Source of the DNA: Fimbriosthenelais zetlandica
Lineage: Eukaryota
Assembly (NCBI GenBank): GCA_977030845.1
Contig: OZ365110.1
Coordinates: 39,122,001 to 39,186,000 of the forward strand
DNA: 64,000 nt
Reading direction: 5' to 3'
Position numbers and translations under genes: made by a program
Part shown: piece after piece, positions 1 through 12,399 of the stretch
How the letters are laid out: the number at the start of each line of letters is the position of its first letter
Numbering within the stretch: position 1 is the stretch's first letter
Notes under the pieces: generated by a model
Database searches by the model: none
What the model saw: only the letters and a program-made list of their open reading frames with translations
What the model was told of the DNA's origin: nothing

Positions 1-832
1 AGATTAGGCATAAATGGATGTTTGCCCCTTCTCCCTCCTCAACCAAAGACGGATCAATGTAGATGACAAATACGTCGGAAATACATGACCATTGGGCGGG
101 AATTCTTTCCTTTAAGGAGGTTAAGATGGAGGAAATGCTAGGAAAGGCTGGAGCCTAGAGACTGGACGTAATAAAACGCATGGGGGTCCGAGCATCCCCG
201 ATCTGCACTAAAGTCTTCAATGGTAGGCTGAGGTAGATCTTTGTGCTGGATGGGGGGATTGCGTTTGCCACATCCATATAAATATGACGTCTGCCTATAC
301 CTTGAGCTCTATTTAAGTCCCGACACTCTTTCTACAGGCCTTCCTTCCCCTGTTCAGCTCCTACCAGTAGGGGTGGATCCAGAGGGTGTACGTGTCCAGA
401 ACCCCCTTTTTGAGATAGCAATTTTGGGGCCACAACACCGCCCCCACCTTTTCACACAAAAATTATCTTCCAAAATTGTGGATCCCCACTCTCCCTTATC
501 CAACTCCCCCTCTCCCTCAGTCTCCCCCCCCCCTCCCCCCACAACCCACCTTCCTCCTTCTGTAGGCACCCCCTCCTTCCCTTCTTCCTGCACCAGCCCC
601 GCCTCCTGCTGGTCTCTAGGAGAACCTCCTCTCAAGGTCTGAAGCTGGTATCCTTTCTGAGTGATAAATCATAGGAGGGATGGGCGGGTTACGACCTTCC
701 AATGGCTGCGAGCAAGAGGCGGTAGGATGGGGGTATTCATCCTGCTGCACCCCGTATCAAGTAAAGGTCAGCTTCAAAGAAAGGCCTTGACACTAATATC
801 GGAGTAACGAGTGAAATAATCGACTCAACCTG

Positions 833-1620
833 ATGAGGCATGAGATATTGCAGGTCTTTGAGAACGTGTTCACCTTTGGCAAAATAAAGCCCAATCTTCC
901 CATAACAAATAGGTGGAAACGGCAAGTCAATTATGTGATTCTAGCAAAAACTAACTATGGAGAGGTTTATCAGGATTATACTTCAGTTCTGAATGGAAAA
1001 ACACTGGAATGTATGATTCCTGATGAAGCAAGCAACCATAGTTCAGATCCAAATGGGACAGAAATGTTCATCAACCAAGAAAATGTGATCCACGAATGCT
1101 TCAAAATTTATAGCTCGAATTCCAATGCAGTTTTCGTGTTCAGAAGGACTCTTTTAATACTCAGGGTCCAAGAAGGGGATTGCGAACCAAATTAAGCAAC
1201 TGGACTAATAACATGAAATAGAACTTATGAGAGATTGCATGCGATGAAGGAATATTCCATCCATACATTGAAATCATTAAGCAAATGGAACACTAACACA
1301 GATTATCTTATTTCATTTAGAATCAGAAACGATGGGAACAAGCTTTCGTTTTCGGTCTGTAATAGAACGTTTGATCCACAGTCTCTTATCCTTAATGGCA
1401 GTTAATTGCCAACACACTGTAAATTGCTGGTTGGCTTCTTTTTAGGTGATTAATTGTATCAATGGGGAAAATAATTATCTGCTTTACTTTGTTTTGGTAG
1501 AAACGGTACCTGATCGTTTTTCATGACAGATTTTTAACAGTGTACAATAAATACATACTTTACAACTCAATGTGATCAATGTATAAGAGCTTGAGTGGAA
1601 ATATCGAGAAAATAATTATA
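833..1620 (+). pseudogene. Degenerate intron-less ORF of unknown function
   Basis: ORF 833-1195 (120 aa, MRHEILQVFENVFTFGKIKPNLP...) continues in the same frame past a TAA and a TGA (...NRTYERLHAMKEYSIHTLKSLSKWNTNTDYLISFRIRNDGNKLSFSVCNRTFDPQ), then becomes stop-rich. An AATAAA lies near 1546. Confidence 0.35.
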
Positions 1621-4039
1621 ATGCTAGATAATCTACAGAAAACACAGGTTTACAGGGGGAAATGGCAGATTGCATTGACAGTGTAAATAAGATATCAAAA
1701 CCAAAGCAAATGTCAATCTGGTATACAAACTGATTGAAGTTTATGACATCTCTGAATTCTTCATGAACTGCTTTGGGCTAATTTCCATCCCAGCGCCTCA
1801 TTCAATAAGTGGAACTTAAATTGTTTAAATGGAAGGCAGTGCCAGGAGTCTCACTGGCAATTTAAAGTAAAATTGCCACTGACTTGCTGTTAATGTGATT
1901 CATAAAGGACAAGTAATTTTTCCTCACTGTGTCATGAAAATTATGTTAATGCTAATGTTACTGATGGGAACAGGCGACCTGTAGGAAATGTGCCTGTGAA
2001 CTGAGACAAGCGAGGCATGCCGATTTTACTCCTGGATTTGCGGAGGACAATGGCACAAGAGTCATGCTACTGCCGAAGATGGTCATCAATCACATGAATG
2101 TATTTATGGAGACAGTCTCTTTCATTGCCGGCTACTTGAAGGATCGATCCTGGTATGAAGGAGGAAAAATATCGGTCATCCTTCAACGAGCAGCAAATGG
2201 CGGACTCTAGTTTGAGCTTTTACGACATCAGCTTTGAGTCATGGGTCGGAAATTGGCGACACCTCCACCGGAAATGATCGTTGAAAGCCAGGCAACAACT
2301 AACATGATTCCCGCCTTGAACACTGAGGGAATTAACATGAGGTTCAGGAGAAAGGAAAACTGGGTGTCGGCAAATACAGAGTCTGATGCCCATTGACTGA
2401 CATTGATTCACGTTTTTTTTTGCATGGTGGTTGCTGACTTCACACCGCTCCATACCCTCAGGGACCCATGTGTGGTTTTGTACCACAGATCATCCCCAGA
2501 TCATCACAAACCAATCCGCTAATATCCAACGATTTTTCCAGCCCTTTGAGAATGACTTGGGAGAGGGGGCGTGTTTTCTGAGTCTCAGATGTGACTGTAA
2601 CGCTTGATGAATGTGTATTGAAACATCGAGGGATCTGTGTTAGAGCTTGATTGGTTGGTTGAGGTGCTCTGAGGGCAGCAGAGCAGCTCGTCCATGCAGA
2701 CCTCTCTGGATTGGCCAGCTATGTGATACAGAGTGATGGGTTTGGAGGTGCACCTTCTACAGTGTAAAAGCTCTAATTCTCGGTGGTCAGCAGACCTGGG
2801 GAGGACTAATCTTCGGGAAGTGTTAGTTCTTTGTCTTCCTTACATCCAAGTACTGTATAGTCATTCTAAAATTGAAGCAAGTGAAACTTATGTTGGGAAG
2901 TAGGACAGCAAAACAGCTCTTCCTTTTGGTTATTTTAGTTATTAATGCATCAGTAGAAAATTGGATTCATTACACCTTCATATATCTATACATGTTCAGT
3001 TAACACTAAAATTATGAATGAATGAATACATGAATGAATAGAAACTGAGACTACAATTATCAAAACAATTCATTCAGAATTGTCTTATAGGTTGTATTTT
3101 ACCTAGAGTATTTTTTATACAGTTGTTTGAGTTTTTTCTCTCTTGGTTCAGAGTGGATCTTCTATAGGCATATAACCGTGGCAGAAGCCATTAAAGCCCT
3201 CGTTACAATAGGATGCCTTCACCATGAATGGGCCTGACCAGGCCCGTGGCCCCCATTGTTTTAGAGGTTCATAAACAAGGGAAAGGTCAGTTGGGGGCCG
3301 GAGGGGTCAGCCATACTCCACCATAGGGGTCAGCCGTACGGCTTGGGGGTCAGTCCAATCGATAAGCATACTGATGAGATGTGTACTCATTGTATCGCCA
3401 CAACAGTCGGATTTAAGCCAGCTTAATAATGTAGAACCGATAGGGTCCAACTGAAAAATCAGATTAAGATTGTACACCTAATCAGACGTGATAACATCGA
3501 TGTACTTGACGCTTACTACAATGGGAATGATTAAAACAGCTTTTTCATATTTACAGCTTCATCAAATCTCATTGCCAGAGTCCTATAGTGAATATAAATA
3601 ATGTTAAAAATAAAAGAAGCAAATACGATTTCAGGCTATCATCAAATTCAGACTGTTAGCAAATATTGGTGTTAACTATATAATGAAGGATAGACTCCTT
3701 GATTGGAGTGGGTATAGATCTGATATGATGTATGATGTATAGATCTATCAATTTAGATAGAAATAGATAAAAATTAACAATTAACTGATTTTTATACAAC
3801 CACAAAATAACGGATACTCAATCACGGTATATGAAGACACCACCAAAATATATTCAATACACCACTATACAGTATTTGGTTTGAGCTAGAGGGGCTGTAT
3901 TTTCTAAACCTTTTCTTTCTATCTAGCTATTATCTATCTAGCATCGAGCGCTACCCATTTTCACTAGATTTCATGCTGATATGATACTATTACTACCAGT
4001 AGGCCTACCTACACCAGCCTTCAGAGGAAACATAGTTTG

Positions 4040-5420
4040 TCCCTCCAAAAGACATAATCATTTCGGTAGACCATTTTCGTTATGAAATCTTCACGGCATT
4101 CTTCAGAACAAATCCTCTTTGACAAAGAGATATCGTCTGCCACAGTAGTTAAACGTAAGTCAATGCCATTCTCAAGGAGACTCACGAGTCTGGGGTGACG
4201 TCAGCGTGATTTCTTTATCGATGTTGGTGGCGCATGCCTACTAGCCGCTTCCTGTTGCAACCAAAAGGAACGCGCAATGGTCCAAATGAACCAAAATTGG
4301 ATTTGTTGGCGGAAAATAGATGGTGATTGTCTCCCTGGAATGCCCTCGCCACTATAACAGGGTGGAATTACATTCTGATGCACGAAGCCAAGGCTCAACA
4401 TAATTCCCTGACTTGAAAATTTAAGCTCTAACAGATGCTTTTTACATTCTCTAAACTCCACAATGGGAATTGAGGAGAATGAGAAGTGATAGTTCCTAAG
4501 CAAAAGCAATGTAGGACATTTGTGTCGAGTTGCTAGGGAGAATATTTTCTGTTTGAGCGTACGTGATCCTACATCGGCTCCCATGTTTTGTTCTTAGCAG
4601 ACTGGAGACATGGGCCATTGTTTGGGGCTACGGAAAGTAGCGGATAGAACGATCAGAGGCTGGGTGCGTGGGGTTGCTCGGGGGAGAAAAGAGTTTCAGC
4701 TTGTGAACAGGGTCTCATAATCCAATCTGCTACAGCCTCAGGCCATTCCTCTGTTCATATTGCCTTGTGACCCGAGGCGGGACCCATGTTCGATTCAGGA
4801 TGTGCGCAAAAAACGCCAAAATATCTTCTGCTTTTAGAGCCAAGCAATGGACTCCACAGAAGAAGTATATTGAGCAGAACATAGCACCTCTGGCTATATT
4901 ATATAGATGATAGAATGCACACTCCTTCCTTAAATGTCAGCCAGGATGATTCAATGTGGGTGAGATGATATAATGAAGGACCGCCAACCGTCTACGCGTC
5001 TTGATCCCAGCGCCAAGTCACACTCAGATTCCCAGCAGTGACGGTAATTGATAGAAAATGTGGTTAGCTCGATTATAACTAGCATGAAATTGCAATCATG
5101 GCCAGATGTAGCCCAAACAGGGCTTTCACTTATAATCGGGCTCTGCCCTGAGGTCTCTGTTACCGATTCTCACACATTTCGCAGTATCGGTATTTTGGTG
5201 TTTTGCATTTTGTCTGCATCTGTTGCCCTTCAATTTTCTAGTCTAGATCCATAGATCTTGCTGCCAGGTCTTTTCAAAGATTTCCAAAAGACCTGTTCAA
5301 AGGTAGACTTGATGGCAGAATCTATAAAACCTTTAACGTACTCTCACATCCTGTGGCCACAAAATGCCTGTTATTCAAGACGGATACAGACCGGTATATG
5401 GCAGGGCAACTCCTTCTAAC
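4040..5420 (-). pseudogene. Degenerate intron-less ORF(s) of unknown function
   Basis: Minus-strand frames read ...ECAFYHLYNIARGAMFCSIYFFCGVHCLALKAEDILAFFAHILNRTWVPPRVTRQYEQ..., then ORF 4201-4584, then ...HPRLVSLLENGIDLRLTTVADDISLSKRICSEECREDFITKMVYRNDYVFWRDKLCF. Scattered stops and probable frameshifts. Confidence 0.3.
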
Positions 5421-5990
5421 AATTGCATGGACTATATAGTAGACTCAGTGTATAGACTAGGCATCTAGACTGGAATATGAAATCAAAAGCAGAAGGTCAA
5501 GGATATATCTGCCTACTATCAGCAATTACAGGGCTTAATACTGTATTTGGTTACTTGCTGTTAATGCAGCAGGCCGACTATAAAACAAAGATAAGATTTT
5601 TCTTATAGCAAGTTATATCCACGTGTTGGTATTCTCACCATACGTTTAATTTGAGGCAGGTGGTGGTGGGTCCTTCTTTATACACCAGCCCTTCCCGATG
5701 CCCTATGTTAGATATTCTAACACACCGCCCCACTTAATGTTCAGCATAAGACATTAATGCCGAGACCTTAACGACCACTCCCCCTCTGATATAACATATT
5801 GTGATACCGCCAAAATGTTCTATTTGCATGCAAGCATCGAGCTGCACAGCAACAAGCCCCACATGCAGTGTGTAGCGGGAGAAGATATAGTGGATTTCTA
5901 CGGTAACTTGACGTCTAGAGGAAAATCAAAAAAAATACAGCTGTCCCATATGTGCCAGGCTGTGATACCGCCCACACCTCTAAGCACTAA

Positions 5991-7330
5991 ATGGGGGAAA
6001 TGTCCGTATACCCCATCCGGGCTATTGATGATTTCGATTTGTCAAGGTCGACCCAGAAAATATATCAACATCCTCGACAAATTATTTTAGGCACGCACAC
6101 AAGGAACACTAGCACTAGAAGGGACTTGAGGTTTATCCCTGAACGACCTACTCTTGTGGCCTGGCATTTGTGACAGTGGATATGACCTGTTTTTTTCACC
6201 ATATCCAACTCTGACGTTGAGAGGCCTAATGCCACGGGGGGCGGCTGGGCCAAGGCTAATCCCGAGCCCTGGCAGACCCTGCTCCTTAGAGATCTCGACC
6301 GGTATGACGTCTGACTGCCATTTCCACCTAGCTCCCCCATATTGGTTCTAAATTTCCATTTATATCACCTTTTTGGACAATCATGGATAAAAAGCTTACT
6401 TAGCGTAAAACTCTCCCATCTTAATCCTTCAATGTTGAAACTCATATATTGCGGATTGCTCTTGAAATATGGAGGTACTCCAAAACCAGAGGTGTTGGAG
6501 CCTTCACGGGAGGTAGAAACCTCATGGCTTAGAATCTGACGTGACAATCTAGCCACGGCGCATGTGCCAAGGCGCCAGAGTTCCCCCAGCTTCCTCTAGA
6601 TCGATGATCCTGCATGAACGAGCGTGTAATGGGCAAGGAGCTGTTAGAGAATATAATAGAGGGGAGGCACAGCAGTGAGGAGATGGGTGATGCTATAATA
6701 GGAGTCTACCTACCCCTTGTTGCACATACATATCTCTTTTGTCTTTTGCTGTTGCACACTCCATCCTCAGCATCAGGTTCTGAGCATCCCTCGGGTCTGT
6801 ATTGGACAGACGAGACCGGTATAGCTACCATGGCTGCCAATTGACCATCAGCCCAGCCCCACATTGGATTTAGCTTTGTCTGTAATTGAATGTGTCAGGT
6901 GGTTGGACAGAGAGGGCTCGTATAATATGATGGATGGCAGAGCGTCCGTGGCACCTCGCGTCCTCAAATTCAGAGCCCATGTCTCACTGACTTTCAACTT
7001 CCGGTGGGGAACGGAGCATGCGCACATCGATAGCAGGACCACCTCAGAGGTCAGAGGTAGGACACAGCATGATAGGACAGGCAATGACAATGCTTGGAGG
7101 AAGCGACAAGCAGGGAAACCTATTTCGGTAGCGAATCAGGACATGTTTCTGTTAAATTAGATACAGATCTACGATCCCATCAGTTGGACATTCCCTGGCT
7201 TCTGTTCAGTTATAATAACATGCGGCCTTCAACGGCTCAAATATGAATGTCTGATGAAAGTTAAGTCATTATACCTCAGGCTTATCAAAAACTTTCTAAG
7301 TCTTCATTCAAGGAAGACATTGTAGCAGTG
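5991..7330 (+). pseudogene. Degenerate intron-less ORF of unknown function
   Basis: Frame 5991-6539 (183 codons) joins track ORFs 5991-6173 and 6342-6539, with TGA only at 6171, 6183, 6312 and 6537. Downstream, ORF 6864-7160 continues past one TAG for about 55 more codons. Confidence 0.4.
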
Positions 7331-8070
7331 GTAGGCCTAATTATAACACTAAACCAACTGGCAACATTTTGGTTTAGCCATTTTGAAAATCGTGTAGCAT
7401 TGTAATTACTATGGAAGAGATAGTATATCCTTCAAATGGAAATTAATGGAGGAAAGATCTACATACAATATTAAACATATTCAGGTAAAGTTAGCCAATG
7501 TGTGGAAAAGTCGCAATCTTTTTGGTCCTATATGCACAACGTGACTTTGTCGTACACTACAATGACCTTCACCACCCACCTTGTTTATAACAAAGGCAGG
7601 AAAACATTGGTGTTAGAGGCCGGGCAGTCTTATCACTTCAATAGCGGCTTGCTGGCAGTCTCTAGCAGCAGACATAAAAGGGAAGCTGCTAAGTCTGTCG
7701 GATGCTGGTGGGATATAGTGTTCACAAGAGAGAAGGTGGACTCTATCTTTCTATATATTGCCCATTTTGTGAGTAGTGTATAAAAAGTGGCACCTTTGAC
7801 AGGGCTATTTCCATAGGGTATAACGTATCTTAGATCGGCTACAATCATAGTGGCAATTAATGAGGTTTTTATGAATGATATATAATATTGAAATGATGTC
7901 CTTTGTATAGTACCAAAGGTTCTTAACACTCTTATAATTATAGGAGTGGAATTAATTTTAGAAGTGGTCTTGGGAATAAATTCTGACAGCTAACACATTT
8001 TCGATTACACACTTATCAGTCAGATCGTTACACTTTATCAACCAGCAACAAATAGCAGATATTCACTCTG

Positions 8071-8724
8071 GTGGAACAGATTGACGAAACAATCGATCAA
8101 CGTAACAGAGGAAAAAGGAAGTTTCATATTACATTCCATATTAGGAATATGGCCTATCATTTGGCTGTCCTACATCGAGACAGCCCGGGCTTAGCTCATG
8201 ATACTACAGCTCCCCTCGCTCAACTATCTGAGAATTTTTATCACAGGTTGAAGTCATTTGGTCCACCGAGACGTAAAAGCGGACCCTTTATATGCTAATC
8301 TTCCGTTAGCGCTTGTTCCAGTTGGATGCTGGGGACCCAAGCTAGGCCTACCCATGCGCTTATCCGCAAGAGCAGATTGATTAATCCGGTACTGCGAAGA
8401 TCGGGCTGGATTATCAAACCTACTCCTTGGCCTTAACTCCTGCCGGAGCGCGCTGGAGAATTGATCCATCACTGGGGTGCCCCCGAGACAAATGACATGC
8501 CAGCCACCCTGGAGGCAGTGCCAGAGATATATCAGACTGTAATGTATGGATGTCTATATGAAAAGGTGTATGGGCACGACATAGGAGAGGCCGGGGTCAC
8601 TAACAACACTTCAAAGTAAAAGTCTCAAGCTTCAACATCAGTATTTTGCTATGATTTAGAGAGACAGCCTGGCCAAATTGTTCAGGGTAAGGGGTGGAGG
8701 CCCTATCGTGGTGAACTTTATTAA
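8071..8724 (+). pseudogene. Degenerate intron-less ORF of unknown function
   Basis: 218 codons in one frame with TAA only at 8296, 8434, 8617 and 8722 (...ELIHHWGAPETNDMPATLEAVPEIYQTVMYGCLYEKVYGHDIGEAG...). Confidence 0.4.
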
Positions 8725-10477
8725 AGGAACGGCCAGACAGCAATGATAATGATCTGCCAACCATAATGCTTCACGATAGATCACCGGCGAGTGTAATCAA
8801 ATATTAGTCCATACACGCTCCCGATGCTGGCAAAAAACATTACGTTATAAAACAGAGCTTTCCATAGAACACAACCAATATTGCAGTTGATGTTTTGAGA
8901 TAAAATGAACTGTAGAAATAGTCCCATTGCGTGTGGATTTTATATACAATATATCCTCAAATAAAAGAATAATCATGCCTTTGTCTCACGCAATAATTGA
9001 ATTAAAAGCTAGGGATTTATGGAGAAGTGTGATAATTTTCAAGGTTCAAGATAGAAAACAGGCTTGTAGACATGTAGTGGGAACACAATATGCCTAATCA
9101 CCTTATACATCATGTAAAGAATGACAATATTTGTTTTATGTCCAGAAAGATCCCATGTAGTCACGTACAGTCTGCTTGTGTTGAGATGAAGTAGGGAAAG
9201 TCGGCACACAGTATGTGGTTCCCAGTAATAGAGGAAGGTGTGTGGTTTGAGAATAACTCAATGTTATTGAATTTTACTGGTTTGCATACAAACACTGTCC
9301 AATAGCATCACTTCCATGTCACACTAACCTAACTAAAACAGAATTTTGAGTATAAGAAAACAATGATGATACATGTGCTATAGCATGTGATAGGAAATTG
9401 TGACACAGTAACTTATATTTATGAACATTGTTCAGGTTGTATGGCTAAAACTTAAATTTGGAATACTGTAGTAAAACACTTAACAAGCTTAACTTCACTT
9501 GAATGACAAGAACGTTTCAGCATGGACTCTAAATTTATCATTTCAGGTCATTTGCGAAATACCATAAGGCATTCACATTCCTTTTAACGTTTACCCTACC
9601 CCTCAAGAAGCACCCTTTGTCATCCAGAGGATGTCCTCACTTAGTCTTGCTATATCCTATCAAATATCTTGCTTGTACACCACATAAGCGGAAGCCGAAC
9701 AGGTACACCATTTATGTTGTTCCATTATTACCCGTATCATACCGTTTGCTTCTCAACCAAAGACCTGACGTGGCAGTGCCATGCTGCGGTATGAGGACAG
9801 GGCCATGCTAGTACTGCAGCTAGTAATGGTCCCGTGTTGCCATTAGACAATGCTTCCCACCGGGGCTTCAACTGAGATAGGATCGTCTACCGAGGGAGGA
9901 ATAAGCTACAGGGAACAACTGGCAACACGATGATTATCTCCCACCCCTTGTCAACACTGTCCCCACCCACCTAGGCCTACTTTTATGGGTTTCCTAAGGA
10001 TTGATAGACAATTGTGAAGGTATACATGGGGATGACAGGAAAAATACCAAGTGCACATATGCAGCTTGCATTAAAGGTTCTAAACGTGACATGTATGTGG
10101 GAGGATTTTCATATTGAGAAGATCATGTTATTCATAGGGGTTACTATGCTCTTTGGTGGTGATCATGTGGCTTCAACGGCAGCATAATGGCTAAGTAATG
10201 GCAGCGTGGGCTGAGTCCCTGATCATTTGTACATGCTTTGTAAGTAAGGAAGGCTTTGAGTTATATTGGTGCCTATACGAACAACCTAATTGAATCTAAA
10301 GCCTATGAGGATCTATATAATATATATTATACTTAATGGTTCAAGTTTGAGTTTCAATTTTTATTGCAGTTTAACCGAATGAATATGATATCACTTTGGA
10401 AGGGGGGAGGGGGTGGGTGGAGAGTTTAGGTTTGTGACCCCAAAATTATCTCAGAAAACAGAGGTCCTGACCCTGCA

Positions 10478-12000
10478 GTGGACCACCCCTACGGACCTTC
10501 GAGTCATGAGCGGAGTGCCCAGAAGAGTGACGTTTATGGAGCAGCCTACCTTTCGTCAGAAAACCATGCAGTCCCATCCCTTGTTCAATACAAGTCCCCA
10601 TACTCCATCCTAATGGGTGTTGTCCATCAGCATCCTACCCCGTGTGTTTGGTCTAAGTCATAGGCCTACCATATACCACATTAGCCCAGCAATATGAATG
10701 TGTTCCAGCCATGGAGTTATCCTCAAGTCAGAGTCATTCTGGCCCAGTTGAGATACATGTTATAGCCACATGCCATACATGATATAAGAAAATGGCTATC
10801 AAGAGGGGTTTTACGATATGCTTTCATAAAAGTATTTACCCATAAGCCAATGCTAAGTTTACTGTGCTATAAAATAAATTATATTTCTCTCAGAAGCAGC
10901 AGTCTATTTCACAGGGTATTAGTCATACTGTATAGTTTGACCCAGACAAGGGTCCAATACATGGCATTCCGAGGTCACCTTCAAAAGTCATTCTCTGACA
11001 GTCCATTAAACAAAGTGTCCCTTAAGCTAAAACCCATGGAGAATACGAGTGTGGGCTTGTTATAAATTATTGACAAACTACTCTGAAAGCACGGCCACTA
11101 TTTTAAATGCAGTCAGAGCGATGGGCCTAAAATGGAAGAGGCAGAAATAAAACTTGAATTGTGAACTCCATTCGCTAGTTTCATCTATAAGTCATGCCTA
11201 GCAGCTGACGGGTACCAGAGCTATCTCTTCAATTTTGCCCGAAATAAAAGAGCATGACAAAAGCAGCCTGTGTTGTGTTAGAATCGGTTTGCGGGCGAGA
11301 AGACAGCTGCAGTCAACGTGTCTCCAGTATGCAGAACTGTGCAACTGCTCGATCTCACATAGGAATCCAGGGGTCCATTTAAGAACAGAGAAGCACTGTT
11401 TTAGCCCATAGATTTGTCAGGAACAGGCCCAGTTCAAAACAATAATATAGATGCTATTCCTGTATGGACAAATCCTGGAACAGAGCTAACCATGGACCTA
11501 CAGTACATAATGAAATCACTGTTCAAGAACGTATTTCAAAATGAACACTATGTATAGCCATAGATTAGCATTGTTAATGATGTTAATGAAACAGTCTCTT
11601 GGGCAACATAGCAGCAGCTGCTAGGATTTATTGCGACAAGGGCAAGGAGCAATATAGCTTGGTTATTCCTAATTAAATCATTTCAATAGCATGGGTCATT
11701 TTTATGTACCAAATAATGGATATGTCAGGGTGTTTTTATGAATTGCTATACTAAAATATTGAGAGGCAAAAAGAGGGACAGGGAGCATGTGCACCTCTCC
11801 CTCCATGCAGTTACGCCTCGCCCAAATAGATGCCACTTGCAATTTTATGGTTTCATTTATGATCATTAATCTTGCTTGATGAGAAAGGAAAGAGTGGGTT
11901 GGGAAGGCCATACTGGTGACCCATATTGAATGAATTATCCTCCATGCCAACTAAACACTCTAATTAGTATTCTGTTTGAATTGATTATTCCATCAGTCGT
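10478..12000 (+). pseudogene. Degenerate intron-less ORF(s) of unknown function
   Basis: Track ORFs 10478-10663 and 10850-11065 share a frame (196 codons; internal TAG at 10661, 10682, 10763). Protein-like frames continue to about 12.0 kb (DAIPVWTNPGTELTMDLQYIMKSLFKNVFQNEHYV...). Confidence 0.38.
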
Positions 12001-12399
12001 TTTAATGTAATGAGTATCGGTATGCCCGTTTGTCATGGAGCAACGTGTTATACGCTAATGCTCAAGTCTATTTTTCCGATGACAAAATCATCGGGTGACA
12101 TGCATGAAGTAGGGTGAGATAAGAGAAACAACCGATCATCTTAAAAGCCTTTCCGTGCACGAAAGAGCAGAAATGATAGTTACCTTAAAATGTTTCGTTT
12201 TAAAAAAAGTAAAAGGGTGGTGCGGGTGACCTTTTTCAACCACAGGAGACTTGTAAAAGACCAGGCCGAAGAGCTCAGTATAAATGACTAAACAGTTCAT
12301 TTGTTATTCCGCAGAGAAAGGAAAACAGGCCACATTTAACTTCCTGGTGGGAAGTCTAACCGAAGCCAACCATTTAAGAGCCATGGATTTTGATTTAAG

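Noticed and set aside
241-642. 133-aa Pro/Ser-rich ORF and its Gly/Glu-rich antisense ORF
   Set aside because: Low-complexity C-rich tract makes both strands open; no evidence for either as a gene.
8258-8335. Kinase-like LVHRDVKA followed at about the right distance by GCWG
   Set aside because: The invariant Asn and the DFG Asp are both missing (two nucleotide changes each), and the motif lies in a different frame from the much more open 8071-8724 frame.
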